A stretch of DNA of 64,000 nucleotides from Mobula hypostoma (Eukaryota). This document shows positions 1 through 12,831 of the stretch, piece by piece; the stretch's first letter is position 1; every line of letters begins with the position of its first letter. The stretch spans positions 204,168,001 through 204,232,000 of the forward strand of contig NC_086100.1 of the NCBI RefSeq assembly GCF_963921235.1, given 5' to 3'. The notes beneath the pieces were generated by a model, which made no database searches, was not told the origin of the DNA, and was given only the letters and a program-made list of their open reading frames with translations. Both the position numbers and the translations under genes were made by a program.

Positions 1-152
1 AGTCATTGGGTGTATCTAAGACAGAGATAGATAGGTTCTTGTTTAGCCAGGGCATCAAATGGTATGGGGTGAAGGCAGGGGAGCAGGAATGACTGGAAGA
101 ATTGGATCAGCCCATGATTGAATGGCGGAACAGACTTGGTGGGCCAAATGGT
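1..152 (+). mobile_element. CR1 LINE 3' end fragment
   Basis: Resembles the 3' end/UTR of the longer CR1 copy at 15180-15340. Confidence 0.75.
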
Positions 153-921
153 GCATATCTCATGGTCTGAACTGTCACATCTCCCACACTTTTATTTTGA
201 TAGTACAGTTTTATTCCTTCTGAACAAATTTCTGTTTCAGTTAATCAGTTTAGCCATTCAAAACATTAAGTCATTGATCATTAGCATACTGTTTAATTAT
301 GCATTGAGCTCTGCACCTGCAGAATAATCAAGTTTTTTTTTGAAAAGCGGTCTATTACTTAATACGCTACTTTTTTAGTGAAATACAAAACATTCTCAGG
401 TTCTTTCCTTGATTTACAAAATGAATGTTTGGAAATCTAAAATTTATCTTTCTAATGATACACTAATGTTGAAGACCAAAAATAAACATCTAAAAATAGT
501 TAATATATAAATCTAGGATGCCTGAGGGCTTTGCACAGTCTTGCATCACCTACGCTTTATTCGCCTACCTGTAGCGCAGTTTCACTGTGATTGAAACATT
601 GTGGTCTGTCTCTTTAAATCTAGCATCACAATCTACTTTGGATGGCGAAAAGGAACAGAGTTCATGATTACTGTATCTAGATACTTGTGGCAATTCTAAA
701 CCAATGTCAAATGTTTGTCTCAGAAAGACGTAAACGAAGTCAGCCAATTCATCTACTGAAGCGGATTTCCCACAGCCACATCCTTACACTTATTCCCGTG
801 TACCGAATTCTCTGCCACAAGCCAGTGCTGTGTCTCCTGTCTGCACACTGGGGTATTTCCCCTTTGACAAACATAATGCTGGATAAAACTGAGTAGCCTG
901 GGTAGAGCTGAGAAGCCTAGA

Positions 922-954
<33 letters not shown>
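922..954. repeat. (TA)n(CA)n microsatellite
   Basis: Directly visible dinucleotide run. Confidence 0.9.
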
Positions 955-1329
955 ATTACACCCAGACTCCGTCTCTCACACACACTCAATCATACACAAG
1001 TACACATAGATGCAGTCCGATTGTTAAATCATTATTGAACCAAATGGTAAGTTACAGTCCAACAGACAAACTCAACAGGTTCAGCTGCATTTGTAGAGCA
1101 GGTGGGGGACGTTGAAGAACTGTAGACAATCCCTTCCCCCAACAAACGCTGCTCAGCTCAACCCATCTGAGACCCTCCTGTAGACTATCTGTTGTCCGAG
1201 CTTCCAGCATCTCCAGACTCTGGAGTGACAGGGCTCTTGACTGGGTTCACTTCGACATCAACTGCTGCCTGTGCCTGTCTGTAGGTGTATCTGTAACTTC
1301 ACATCTTGAAACATTATCAGGATGAACGG

Positions 1330-1760
1330 CTTGTCGTGTGTGGAGTGTTTGACTGCTCTAGGCCTGTATCACTAGAATTAAGAAGAATAACGGTGAATTG
1401 ATTGAAACCTATCGAATGCTGAAACGTTTTGATCAAGTGGATGTGGAGAGAATGTTCCCTGTGGTGGGAGAGTCTCGGGCTAGAGGACACAGCAATGGCG
1501 GGAGGTGAGGGGCATCCATTTAGAATGGAGATGAGGAGAAAATTCTTTATCCAGAGAATGGAGAATCAGTTAAATTTGTTGCCACAGGCATCTGTGGAGG
1601 CCGAGTCTTTATATATATTTAAGACAGAGGTTGACAGATTCTTGATTGGTCAGGGCATGAGGGATACAGGGTGGAGATGGGGACATAGAGGAAACATGGA
1701 TCAGCCATGCTCAAATGGTGGAGCTGACTCGATGGGCCAAATGGCCTAATTCTACCTCAG
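1330..1760 (+). mobile_element. Degenerate CR1 LINE 3' fragment
   Basis: ORF 1429-1749 contains CR1 ORF2 C-terminal motifs (EMRRKFFIQR, FKTEVDRFL), followed by a CR1-type 3' UTR. Confidence 0.8.
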
Positions 1761-2419
1761 TACTTAACTCCGTGCACTTGTATTAATAACTTTGCATTAA
1801 AACATTCGGCTGAGCGGTGAATGGGGAAGGACCAAAAATGAACTCACCAAAACCAAGGGTGCGTTACCTCATAGGGCATTTTAATGGTCTTAAGGAAGAG
1901 ATTTCAAGTTGTAGTAATGTAACTGAAATAACAGGAGACGGAGATGCCTTGACACAGGTTGCCATGGCTATCAGGAGTACAATTGTGGCAAAACTCCCCC
2001 AGAGTTCCCTCTAATCGTGCCAGGTATTTATTGTTTATGACGTGTTGGCAAATACTGCTGAGAAGCCTCATTATTAAGTGTTCACAATGGCAGCAATTAT
2101 AGTTTTATATTCAGACCACAGCACTGCTAGTCAATCTTTGTCACATGTCCCGCTGGTTGATGAGCTCCTTCAGATGACTAGTTACAGTGGCTGGGATGGC
2201 TGCAAGTGGAGGTGGCCATGTCTTGGCCACAGTGGCAGATCCCTGGAGAGCAGTGAATGAGCTTTTGGGGTGAGGACCTCTGTGTGTATGTGTGGAGGGG
2301 TGTACTGGGTAGCCGGGCCACGAAAGGAGCGTGGAATGACCTTTGCGAAAGTGGGCAGAAATAAGCCATTCGACCCCACGACTGTGCCAATCAGTAAGCA
2401 CGCATTGGTCCTAATCACA

Positions 2420-2945
2420 GTCATTGGCAGCAGGTTGGAGCTTAGGATGAGGGAGGTATGGATACACCGTCGGTATGTGGGCAAAGCCACACTGGGGCTG
2501 ACGTGCATCGATTCGGTTCATTTGTTTAAGGAGAGACTGGAACTGGAAGCAGTCGAAAGGAGATTCATTGCTCCGATACGTGGAGTGACAGATCATGAAA
2601 GGCATAGATAGAGATCCAGTATTATTTTCGCTGCATTGAAATGTATAAAACCAGAGGGTATGCAATTAAATTGAGAAGGAATGCATTCGAACAAGATGCA
2701 GGGATGTTTTTTTTTTTAAACACAGAAAATGGTTGATACCTGGGACGTGCTGCCTGGGTTGGTGGTGGAGGGACATACCATGGTGTTGCTCACGGGGCTC
2801 TTGGATAGGGACATGAATGAGCAGGAAAGTAGAAATCCATATTGTGTAGGCAGAATGGAATCATTTTGTTGGGTTTGATTACTAACATAATTAGTTGGCA
2901 CAACGCTGTGGGCTGGCGGGCCGGTTCCTGTGCTACGTTGTTCTA
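2420..2945 (+). mobile_element. Old CR1 LINE 3' fragment
   Basis: Decayed ORF2 C-terminal motifs (LEAVERRF) and 3' UTR-like sequence; boundaries approximate. Confidence 0.55.
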
Positions 2946-3100
2946 ATGTCTAATTTGTGTGCAAGTTGCTCGGGCTGGTGATGGAATGGGGGTAACCTTA
3001 CTGAAGCAGGGCGGTCCCCAAGGGCACAGGACAACATGGATCTGGTGATGTTTTAGCCTTTGGGAGAGTCTCGATCGACAGGTCAGTATTACCAGATTGG

Positions 3101-5702
3101 CAGGAAAGGTATGGCCACATTAGTGGGATTTTATTACAGAGCACCCAATAGTCAACGAGACTTGGAAGAGCAAATCTGCAGAGAGATAGCAGGCAACTGC
3201 AGGAAACATAAAGTTGTGGTGGTAGGGGATTTTAATTTTCCATACATTGATTGGGACTCCCATACTGTTAGGGGTCTAGATGGTTTAGAGTTTGTAAAAT
3301 GTGTTCAGGAAAGTTTTCTAAATCAGTATATAGAGGGACCAACTAGAAGGGATGCAATATTGGATCTCCTGTTAGGAAACGAATTAGGGCAAGTGACAGA
3401 AGTCTGTGTAAGGGAGCACTTTGGTTCCAGTGATTATAACACCATTAGTTTCAATTTGATCATGGACAAGGATAAATCTGGTTCTAGGGTTGAGGTTCTG
3501 AACTGGGAGAAGGCCAAATTTGAAGAAATGAGAAAGGATCTAAAATGTGTGGATTGGGACAGGTTGTTCTCTGGCAAAGATGTGATTGGTAGGTGGGAAG
3601 CCTTCAAAGGGGAAATTTTGAGAGTGCAGAGTTTGTATGTTCCTGTCAGGATTAAAGGCAAATTGAATAGGAATAAGGAACCTTGGTTCTCAAGGGATAT
3701 TGCAACTCTGATAAAGAAGAAGAGGGAGTTGTATGAAATGCATAGGAAACAGGGGGTAAATCAGGTGCTTGAGGAGTATAAGAAGTGCAAGAAAATACTT
3801 AAGAAAGAAATCAGGAGGGCAAAAAGAAGACATGAGGTTGCCTTGGCAGTCAAAGTGAAGAATAATCCAAAGAGCTTTTACAAGTATATTAAGAGCAAAA
3901 GGATTGTAGGGGATAAAATTGGTCCTCTTGAAGATCAGAGTGGTCAGCTTTGTGCGGAACCAAAGGAAATGGGGGAGATCTTAAATAGGTTTTTTGCGTC
4001 TGTATTTACTAAGGAAGCTGGCATGAAATCTATGGAATTGAGGGAATCAAGTAGTGAGACCATGGAAACTGTACAGATTGAAAAGGAGGAGGTGCTTGCT
4101 GTCTTGAGGAAAATTAAAGTGGATAAATCCCCGGGAACTGACAGAGTGTTCCCTCGGACCTTGAAGGAGACTAGTGTTGAAATTGCGAGGGCCCTGGCAG
4201 AAATATTTAAAATGTCGCTGTCTACGTGTGAAGTGCCGGAGGATTGGAGAGTGGCTCATGTTGTTCCGTTGTTTAAAAAAGGATCAAAAAGTAATCTGGG
4301 AAATTATAGGCCGGTGAGTTTAACGTCAGTAGTAGGTAAGTTATTGGAGGGAGTACTAAGAGACAGAATCTACAAGCATTTGGATAGACAGGGGCTTATT
4401 AGGGAGAGTCAACATGGCTTTGTGCGTGGTAGGTCATGTTTGACCAATCTGTTGGAGTTTTTCGAGGAGGTTACCAGGAAAGTGGATGAAGGGAAGGCAG
4501 TGGATATTGTCTACATGGACTTCAGTAAGGCCTTTGACAAGGTCCCGCATGGGAGGTTAGTTAGGAAAATTCAGTCGCTAGGTATACATGGAGAGGTGGT
4601 TAATTGGATTAGACATTGGCTCCATGGAAGAAGCCAGAGAGTGGTGGTAGAGAATTGCTTCTCTGAGTGGAGGCCTGTGACTAGTGGTGTGCCACAGGGA
4701 TCAGTGCTGGGTCCATTGTTATTTGTCATCTATATCAATCATCTGGATGATAATGTGGTAAATTGGATCAGCCAGTTTGCTGATGATACAAAGACTGGAG
4801 GTGTAGTAGACAGTGAGGAAGGTTTTCAGAGCCTGCTGAGGGACTTGGACCAGCTGGAAAAATGGGCTGAAAAATGGCAGATGGAGTTTAATACTGACAA
4901 GTGTGAGGTATTGCACGTTGGAAGGACAAACCAACGTAGAACGTACAGGGTTAATGATAAGGCACTGAGGAGTGCAGTGGAATAGAGGGATCTGGGAATA
5001 CAGATACAAAATTCCCTAAAAGTGTCGTCACAGGTAGATAGGGTCATAAAGAGAGCTTTTGGTACATTGGCCTTTATTAATCAAAGTATTGAGTATAAGA
5101 GCTGGAATGTTATGATGAGGTTGTATAAGGCATTGGCGAGGCCGAATCTGGAGTATTGTGTTCAGTTTTGGTCACCAAATTACAGGAAGGATATAAATAA
5201 GGTTGAAAGAGTGCAGAGAAGGTTTACAAGGATGTTGCCGGGACTTGAGAAACTCAGTTACAGAGAAAGGTTGAATAGGTTAGGACTTTATTCCCTGGAG
5301 CGTAGAAGAATGAGGGGAGATTTGATAGAGGTATATAAAATTATGATGGGTAGAGATAGAGTGAATGCAAGCAGGCTTTTTCCACTGAGGCAAGGGGAGA
5401 AAAAAACCAGAGGACATGGGTTAAGGGTGAGGGGGGAAAAGTTTGAAGGGAACATTAGGGGGGGCTCTTTCACACAGAGAGTGGTGGGAGTATGGAATGA
5501 GCTGCCAGACGAGATGGTAAATGCGGGTTCTTTTTTAACGTTTAAGAATAAATTGGACAGATACATGGATGGGAGGTGTATGGAGGGATATGGTCCGTGT
5601 GCAGGTCAGTGGGACGAGGCAGAAAATGGTTCGGCACAGCCAAGAAGGGCCAAAGGGCCTGTTTCTGTGCTGTAGTTTCTATGGTTTCTATGGTTTCTAT
5701 GG
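3101..5702 (+). mobile_element. 5'-truncated young CR1 LINE (partial APE endonuclease + RT), one nonsense codon
   Basis: ORFs 3060-4985 and 5022-5675 are in the same frame, split by TAG at 4983-4985. Motifs GDFNFP, YRPVSLTS, GVPQGSVLGP, FADD. Tail (TTTCTATGG)x3 at about 5676-5702; possible TSD (T)GGCAGG. Confidence 0.95.
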
Positions 5703-5875
5703 CAGGTGCAGGTAGGCAGGAGCAGCAATCATTTAACACTTTGAGAGATGGGTGCTTCTGGCAGAGGGTGGAGGATCTCTGGATTTCTTGGTCCTGATGT
5801 GAGGTGGAGGACGGATCACTGGTGCATGGAAGATTAAAGGAAAGGGGGATTGGGACAGAATGGGAGCTGAGGACT

Positions 5876-6879
5876 GGCAGACCACAGTACGTGTGCTTGC
5901 AACACTGTGTCTGACAGAGTGATCAGCAGCACTGGGGCTCCACAGGGGACCGTCTTGTCTCCCTTTCTCTTCACCATTTACACCTCAGACTTCAACTACT
6001 GCACAGAGTCTTGTCATCTTCAGAAGTTTTCTGATGACTCTGCCATAGTTCGATGCATCAGCAAGGGAGATGAGGCTGAGTACAGGGCTATGGTAGGAAA
6101 CTTTGTCACATGGTGTGAGCAGAATTATCTGCAGCTTAATGTGAAAAAGACTAAGGAACTGGTGGTAGACCTGAGGAGAGCTAAGGTACCAGTGACCCCT
6201 GTTTCCATCCAGGGGGTCAGTGTGGACATGGTGGAGGATTACAAATACCTGGGGATATGAGTTGACAATAAACTGGACCGGTCAAAGAACACTGAGACTG
6301 TCTACAAGAAGGTTCAGAGCCGTCTCTATTTCCTGAGGAGACTGCGGTCCTTTAACATCTGCCAGACGATGCTGAGGATGTTCTATGAGTCTGTGGTAGC
6401 CAGTGCTATCATGTTTGCTGTTGTGTGCTGGGGCAGCAGGCTGAGGGTAGCAGACACCAACAGAATCAACAAACTCATTCGTAAGGCCAATGATGTTGTG
6501 GGGATGGAACTGGACTCTCTCACGGTGGTATCTGAAAAGAAGATGCTGTCCAAGTTGCATGCCATCTTGGACAATGTCTCCCATCCACTACATAAGGTAC
6601 TGGGTGGGCACAGGAGTACATTCAGCCAGAGACTCATCCCACTGAGATGCAGCACGGAGCGTCATAGGAAGCCATTCCTGCTTGTGGCCATCAAACTTTA
6701 CAACTCCTCCCTTGGAGTGTCAGACACCAAGCCAATAGGCTGGTCCTGGACTTATTTCCTGGCATAATTTACATATTACTAGTTAACTATTTATGGTTTA
6801 ATTACTATTTATTATTTATGGTGCAACTGTAACGAAAACCAATTTCCGCCGGGATCAATAAAGTATGACTATGACTATG
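5876..6879 (+). mobile_element. Rex1/Babar-type LINE, 5'-truncated
   Basis: RT motifs GAPQGTVLSPFLF, KFSDD, LNVKKTKELVVD; C-terminal FYESVVAS region; ends AATAAA + (TATGAC)n tail. Confidence 0.88.
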
Positions 6880-7004
6880 GCATTGAATTGTGGGACACGT
6901 TCGAGAGGCCGATTTAACAACCCCTACCTCTAATTCTTGGTGTTCTCATTGCTCCTCACATCCCCAAAGGCTCCACCTAATGACTGATTAATAGTGATAA
7001 AACC

Positions 7005-7144
7005 AACGTGCATCTTGTTGGGACGTGGGGGTAATCTCACGCGGGAAAAGAGAGAGCAAACTCAACAGGCAGACAGCACTTGAGGTCGGGTTCAAACCCA
7101 CGTCACTGGCACTGCAGGCTGGCGGCTCCACCCACTGTGCCACG
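7005..7144 (-). mobile_element. tRNA-derived SINE 5' part (HE1/V-SINE-like)
   Basis: Minus strand reads GTGGCACAGTGG (A-box-like) ... GGGTTTGAACCC (B-box-like) ... GAGTTTGC, resembling the elasmobranch HE1 SINE head as recalled. Confidence 0.6.
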
Positions 7145-7223
7145 TGGTGATTTATAGTCCCTCAGGGCTTTCTAAGGGGACATTTACCACACAGAATGCA
7201 GTGGTTCACCGAGGTGGTGCCTT

Positions 7224-7309
7224 GCCATTGGACACATGACATCTATATGAAAGGAATTTATTTTAGAGGAATGAGTTCACTCTAATATAGATGCCATGTG
7301 TCCAATGGC
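7224..7309. repeat. 25-bp inverted repeat (hairpin)
   Basis: GCCATTGGACACATGACATCTATAT (7224-7248) vs ATATAGATGCCATGTGTCCAATGGC (7285-7309), 24/25 complementary. Confidence 0.9.
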
Positions 7310-7647
7310 GCAGATTTGATACTCAGTCTCTTGCAGGGGCCTGTTAAAAACCGTACATGAAGCGGAAAGCGGGAAAAAAAAGTCATTCGTAACAAAGCAG
7401 TGAAAGTCACTACCAGCTCAGCCTGACCCCTTCACAGAATTCATCAGACCCCTGTCTGATTCACAGGAGCAGAGCTTGTAGACAACACCAGCGATGGCAA
7501 TGAACACTGACTGACAGTGAGTAAGGTTAAAGCTGGAATGACACACAGAACGACGTGTGAAATAGAGCAATCTCTGGTTACACTGGGACGTCAGGCACTG
7601 GACAGTACTGTCAACAAGCAGGAAAGGTTTGACTGAAATATATTTGC

Positions 7648-7762
7648 CTGTTTGCCTTTCCCCAGATGCATCAGAAAATTAACCACACACCAGCACCACT
7701 CCAGCGGTGACCCCAAACACATTCCTGGCTATCGCTCCACCTGACAGTCCGCTCGGAGAGTT
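7648..7762 (-). pseudogene. CEACAM-like transmembrane exon, degenerate
   Basis: After acceptor TTTTGCAG the minus strand encodes NSPSGLSGGAIARNVFGVTAGVVLVCG*, similar to the CEACAM1-type GLSxGAIAGIVIGV TM entry; in-frame stop; 3' boundary uncertain. Confidence 0.65.
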
Positions 7763-7789
7763 CTGCAAAATGATGACGAGGAGATACTG

Positions 7790-8090
7790 AGATATGATGG
7801 AAACTACTGAGTAACTGAAGGGCCGAGGTAGAGTGGCTGTGGAGAGGATGCTTCCTACAGTGAACAGAGATGAGGAGGGATTTCAGCCAGAAGTTGGTGA
7901 ATCTGTGTCGGATGAGGGGCCAAGTTATTATGTATATTTAAAGCGGAGTTTGACAGGTTCTTGATTAGTCTGAGCATTAATAGTTGTGGGAAGAAGGCCG
8001 AAGGCAGGTGGATGGGGCTGAAGGGATAATAAACCAGCCACAATGGAATTACAGTGCTCAATTCTGCTCCGATATTGTTGGGTCTTGTCC
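7790..8090 (+). mobile_element. Old CR1 3' fragment
   Basis: Similar to the CR1 3' ends at 1400-1750 and 34500-34870. Confidence 0.6.
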
Positions 8091-8323
8091 ACTTATAGTA
8101 ACCCAATGGAACAAGACACAGTAAATTTCTATTCTACTTTGATTAACTTTGCTAACTAGGGGTTTTGGTTTATTACAATTACAATCTCAAATGCAGATTC
8201 AAAATCTTAGTTGGACACAGAAGGTATTTTGCTATATAGCGTGGAAACATGGTCCTTATTCCAACTGGCCTACACTGACTAAGACTACAGTTCAAGGTAG
8301 TCCCAGTTGCCCAGATTTGGCTC

Positions 8324-8470
8324 CTACCTAGCCACACCTTTACCTTTCTTATCCACATAAATTTTAAACGTTGTTACCGTCCCTGTCTCAGCCTCTACCT
8401 AGCCACACCTTTACCTTTCTTATCCACATAAATTTTAAACGTTGTTACCGTCCCTGTCTCAGCCTCTACC
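8324..8470. repeat. Perfect 71-bp tandem duplication
   Basis: Unit CTACCTAGCCACACC...TCTCAGCCT starts at 8324 and 8395, with a partial third start at 8466; lies in a minus-strand CR1 3' remnant. Confidence 0.9.
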
Positions 8471-8960
8471 CCGGCAACTTGTCCCATATACCAATCACCT
8501 TCTAAGCGATAATGTTGCCCTTGAGGTTCCTAATAGATCTCTTCTCCCTCACCTTCAACCTATGCCCTATAATTACTAATGTCCCCACTCCGGTGAATAA
8601 AATCTGTGACCAATTTTTATCTGTGTGCTCACATGATTTTACTCCTATATCCAGTCTATTTAATATTTAAATTAACCCACAAAATTTATGGATTAAACAG
8701 CACACTCATTGGATTGCCTTTTGCCTCTGTTTTCAGAAGCTCAGGTGTTCATCCCAAAGCACTCGTGTGGGTCAGAGACAACTGTGTTCAGTGTGTTAGT
8801 AGAAAACTCAGTGGGGGGAATTGTTTTGGTGGGTGGAGATTGTTCACAATAGAAAGGGCTTATAGCATTTACAAATCAGAACATTTGTCAATGAAATTGT
8901 GAGACTGAACTATTCCCTAACTGGGAATGAAACACAGAACTTGCAGCAGTATATCATACA

Positions 8961-9560
8961 TGTTATACTCAGCTCTATCAACCCACGTTGGTCCAGGGGA
9001 AACCGCCATCTAACCACCAAACTGTGTCTCACGTTTGCGTATGCACCCTGGCACAAATGCACACCGTAAAATATCAGTCAATATACAATGCACGTTTAAA
9101 CAATTACACTTCATAAATTTCACGGTGACAATGGGGTTAGTGGAGTAACAAAAATATAAAATAAAAAGGTGCCAAGAATACAGATTATACAGTTCGTGCA
9201 CACATTGGAGCTCACGCAATATCCTCGGTCCACCATTTGATTTCCCCTAAACTCCACGACCCTCGGACTGGGAGCAACCCGCGGTGGTCTACCAGAGCGC
9301 TTCCCGCACGTCCTCCCTCTTCGCTTCTCCTCGCCGAACTTTGCGTGCACCAACCCCGGGTCCCACACATACAGATAGAATAACAAGACCCCCATTTGTT
9401 AGTCCCCCCGTTATCAGTAGTTATAACTCAAACATTTCAGCTACAGAGAACATTACCTCATAGTTAACATTACAGAGAAGCCATTTCATTAGAACACTTC
9501 AGATAAGCCATTTTATAATTAGCAGTTAACATTACAGTTAATATTACTGAGAACCCTGCA
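8961..9560. mobile_element. Solo LTR-like element (600 bp)
   Basis: TG...CA termini (TGTTA...CTGCA), flanked by 4-bp direct repeat TACA (8957-8960, 9561-9564); short internal repeats (AGTTAACATTACAG). Confidence 0.6.
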
Positions 9561-10104
9561 TACAAATAAGCCCTTTGTCCCTTGATATGTCTGCCGACCA
9601 TGGCGCCACTGAAAACGCACCTCCACCTGCAGAGCACCTATATCATACATTCATCCTCTGCTCCTGTGTGTGTTTGAGTGCCTCCTAAACATCTGCACCC
9701 TGTCTCCCTCCACCAGCCCCATGGGGGCCCTTTCCAGATATGCACCACTCTGTTTAAAAATAAAACTTGTCCTGCACATCTTGTCTAAATTTTCTGCTCT
9801 GGTTCATAAAATCATGGTCTCCAGGGTGACATTTCCTCAGTGGCACAAACACTCTATCCACTTCTGTCGTAACTTTATAAAACCTCTCATCAGGACTCCT
9901 CTCCGCCACCAATGCTCCATAGAAAGCAGTCCAGCTTTGTCCAACCTCTCCTCCAGGCAGCATTCAGCTGAACATTTTCAGCCCCCTCACAAAAACCCCC
10001 ATGTTCTTCCAGTGATGCGGTGAGCAGCTCGCATACAGCACTCCAGACGAGACCTGAACAAAGCCCCATACACTGCATCATTACTTCCCAAACTTTAAAC
10101 TCAA

Positions 10105-10692
10105 CATAAGAACGTAAGAAATAGGAGCAGAACGAGCCTGCCCCAGCATTCAGTAAGATCATGGCTGATCTGTCTGTAAACTCAGCTCCATCTACCTGCC
10201 TTTTCCCCAAAATCCTTAATTCCACTACTATGTAAAAATCTATCTAACTGTATCTTAAATATATTTTGTGAAGAAGCCTCAACTGCTTCCCTGGGCAGAG
10301 AATTCCACAGATTCACCACTCTCTGGGAAAAACAGTTTCTCCTCATCTCCGTCCTAAATCTTCTCCCCTGAATCTTGAGGCAATGTCTAGCATCAACTAA
10401 CTATGGAAACAGCTGTCCTACTTCCATCTTATCTATTCTTTTCAAAAATTTTGTACATTTCTATGAGATCCCCTCTCATTCTTCCGAACTTCAGAGAGTA
10501 TAGTCCCAGGCAACTCAATCTTTCCTCATAGGTTAACCCCTTCATCCCTAGAATCAAACTGTTGAACCTCCTCTGCACTGCCTCCAAAGCCAGTATATCC
10601 TTCCTCAAGTATGCAGACCAGAACTGCATGCAGTACTCCAGGTGCGGCCTCACCAGTACCCTGTATAGTTGCAGCATGACCTCCCTGCTCAA
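10105..10692 (-). mobile_element. CR1 LINE 3' fragment
   Basis: Minus ORF 10429-10923 has LYRVLVRPHLEYCMQFWS and LEAVQRRF; inserted in an older minus-strand CR1 remnant (about 9600-10105). Confidence 0.85.
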
Positions 10693-12268
10693 CACCCAGA
10701 CCGATGAAGGCACGGATGATATGTGTCCTTTCCACTTGTGTTGCCAATTAATTGTCCTCTCATTCCTACTAAAATTGATATTTTCCACACAAGGACCCCC
10801 GCCCCCACCATTCAAAAGACATGACAAGAGAAATTTGCCTTCTCTCACCGGAAGAAGATGCTGAAGTTTCCAGGGTATGTTGTGAACCCTCTGGACTTTT
10901 GCCTCCAGTGTGGTTTTCTGCACAGTGGATTACATAGAAACACAGGTAACAGGAGTAAGGATGCGTCATTCAAGCCCTCAGAGTGCCCCACCCTTTCACA
11001 GGATATTGGCCAACTCCATCTACTAGGAGAGAAGCTGCTGTATTTTTAACCATCTGCCGGACTATCACCCAAACACCTTGGACCATCTACACTCCTGGTC
11101 ACACTCTTCTATGAAATAAGAAGTTCTCAGGGGACGCTCACGGTGACCAGGTCTCTGGCACTGAGCCTGGCGCTATTGTGCAGGAGGAAAGCAGGGAGAA
11201 GAGGAATGCGGTAGTCGTAAGGGATTCGATAGTCAGGGGAACGGACATGAGATTCTGTGAGCCTAATAGAGATACCCGCATGCTGTGTTGCCTCCCAGGT
11301 GCCAGGGTACTGGATATCTTGGATCGGGTCCAGAATATTCTGAAGGGAGAGGGCGAGCAGCCAATTATCTTCGTACATGTTGGTACCAATGACATGGATA
11401 GGAGAAGGGAGGAGGTCCTGAAGAGAGATTTCCGAGAGTTAGGAAGGAAGCTGAGAAGCAAGACCCCCAGGGTAGTAATCTCAGGATTGCTACCTGTGCC
11501 ACAGGCTAGCGAGGGCAAGAATAGTCGGATCAGGCAGATGAATGCGTGGCTGAGAGACTGGTGCAGGATGCAGGGCTTCAGATTCTTGGATAATTGGGAT
11601 CTCTTCTGGGGGAAATATGACCTGTTCAGAAAGGCCAGGTTACACCTGAACCCGAAGGGGACCAATATCCTGGTGGGAAAGTTTAATAGAGCTGTTAGGG
11701 AGGGTTTAAACTAATTTGGCAGGGGGGATGGGAAACGGAATGACAGAGCGGAGGAAGGGGAAAACAGAAATAAATCTAAGATAGTGAGCAGTAAAGATGT
11801 CAGGAAAGACAGGCAGGTGATGGGGCAAATTTGTAGCCATTGGGATGAGTTGCAGTGCAATAAAGTTGCAGTGCAATCAAAGAAAAAAATACCAAATATT
11901 GGTCTTAAGGTGTTATACTTAAATGCATGCAGCATAAGCATTAAAGTGGATGATCTTCTTGTACAGCTACAGATTGACAGATATGATATTGTGGCCATCA
12001 CTGAGACCTGGCTAAAGGATGCATGTCTCTGGGAGCTGAACGTCCAAGGATACACGGTGTATCGGAAGGATAGGAAGGTAGGCAGAGGGGGAGGCGTGGC
12101 TTTATTGGTAAGAAATGATATCAAATCATTAGAAAGAGGTGACATAGGATCGGAAGGTGCAAAATCTTTATGGGTTGAGCTAAGAAATCCCAGGGGTAAA
12201 AGGACCCTGATGGCAGTTACATACAGGCCTCCAAACAGCTGCAGTGATGTGGACTACAAATTACAACA

Positions 12269-12469
12269 GGGGTGTATGGGGTGTCAGGGAGGGGTAGCAC
12301 CTCTGGTGGGGGAACATGTCGCATCCTTTTCAGGGTGGTTAGTCCACCTTTGGTCGCCACCTGGCACTCAGCTCTCACCTGTGGCTCTCCGTAGCTGTTT
12401 GCATGCGACAGCGGCCACGCCCCGGGCAACGGCTTCAACAAGCCGGCTAAACCAGCTGAGGGTAGCTGA
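12269..12469 (+). ncRNA. Candidate HDV-like self-cleaving ribozyme
   Basis: Nested double-pseudoknot order: P1 GGGGTGT / ACGCCCC (12417-23), P2 CTCACCTG (12374-81) / CAGCTGAG (12453-60), P3 GGC/GCC, P4 CGGCTT/AAGCCG, J4/2 GCTAAA. Confidence 0.55.
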
Positions 12470-12831
12470 TGGGTCTCAAACCCTCGGTGAGATAGGGAGT
12501 TGTCTATCCCAGCATGTGAAGACAGACTCCGGCGGACTGAGCGGACAAGACCAATGGAAGGTCCAACGGTCAAGAAGGCGGTCTCTGCAAGCGTCGTGGA
12601 ACGTGTAGAGCAGAACAAGACACACCACGTCCTGGTCATCCACTGCACCTAGTCCCATCTCCAGCCGTCTTGACTCTTGTCTTGCCACTGGATCCAGTTG
12701 GGAATTGGGATGAGAGAGTGAGGCTGACACTTGCGCAACTCTCCCTCACTTAAATCCAAATCACACGCTAGTCTCGACACCATCATAATGGTGTCGAGGT
12801 CTTCATCGACGACAACGATGGATGAACAACA
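12271..12831 (+). mobile_element. Non-coding RTE-like SINE/non-autonomous element
   Basis: Interrupts CR1 ORF2; TSD ACAACAGG (12263-12270, 12832-12839); (AAC)n tail; CTCACTTAAATCCAA segment resembles RTE-clade UTR sequence (from memory). Confidence 0.75.

Noticed and set aside
565..747. Possible cytoplasmic-tail exon of the CEACAM-like gene
   Set aside because: A donor-like CAG|GTAGG is present, but no ITIM/ITAM or other supporting motif.
11784..12608. 274-aa ORF
   Set aside because: CR1 endonuclease start running into the inserted non-coding SINE.
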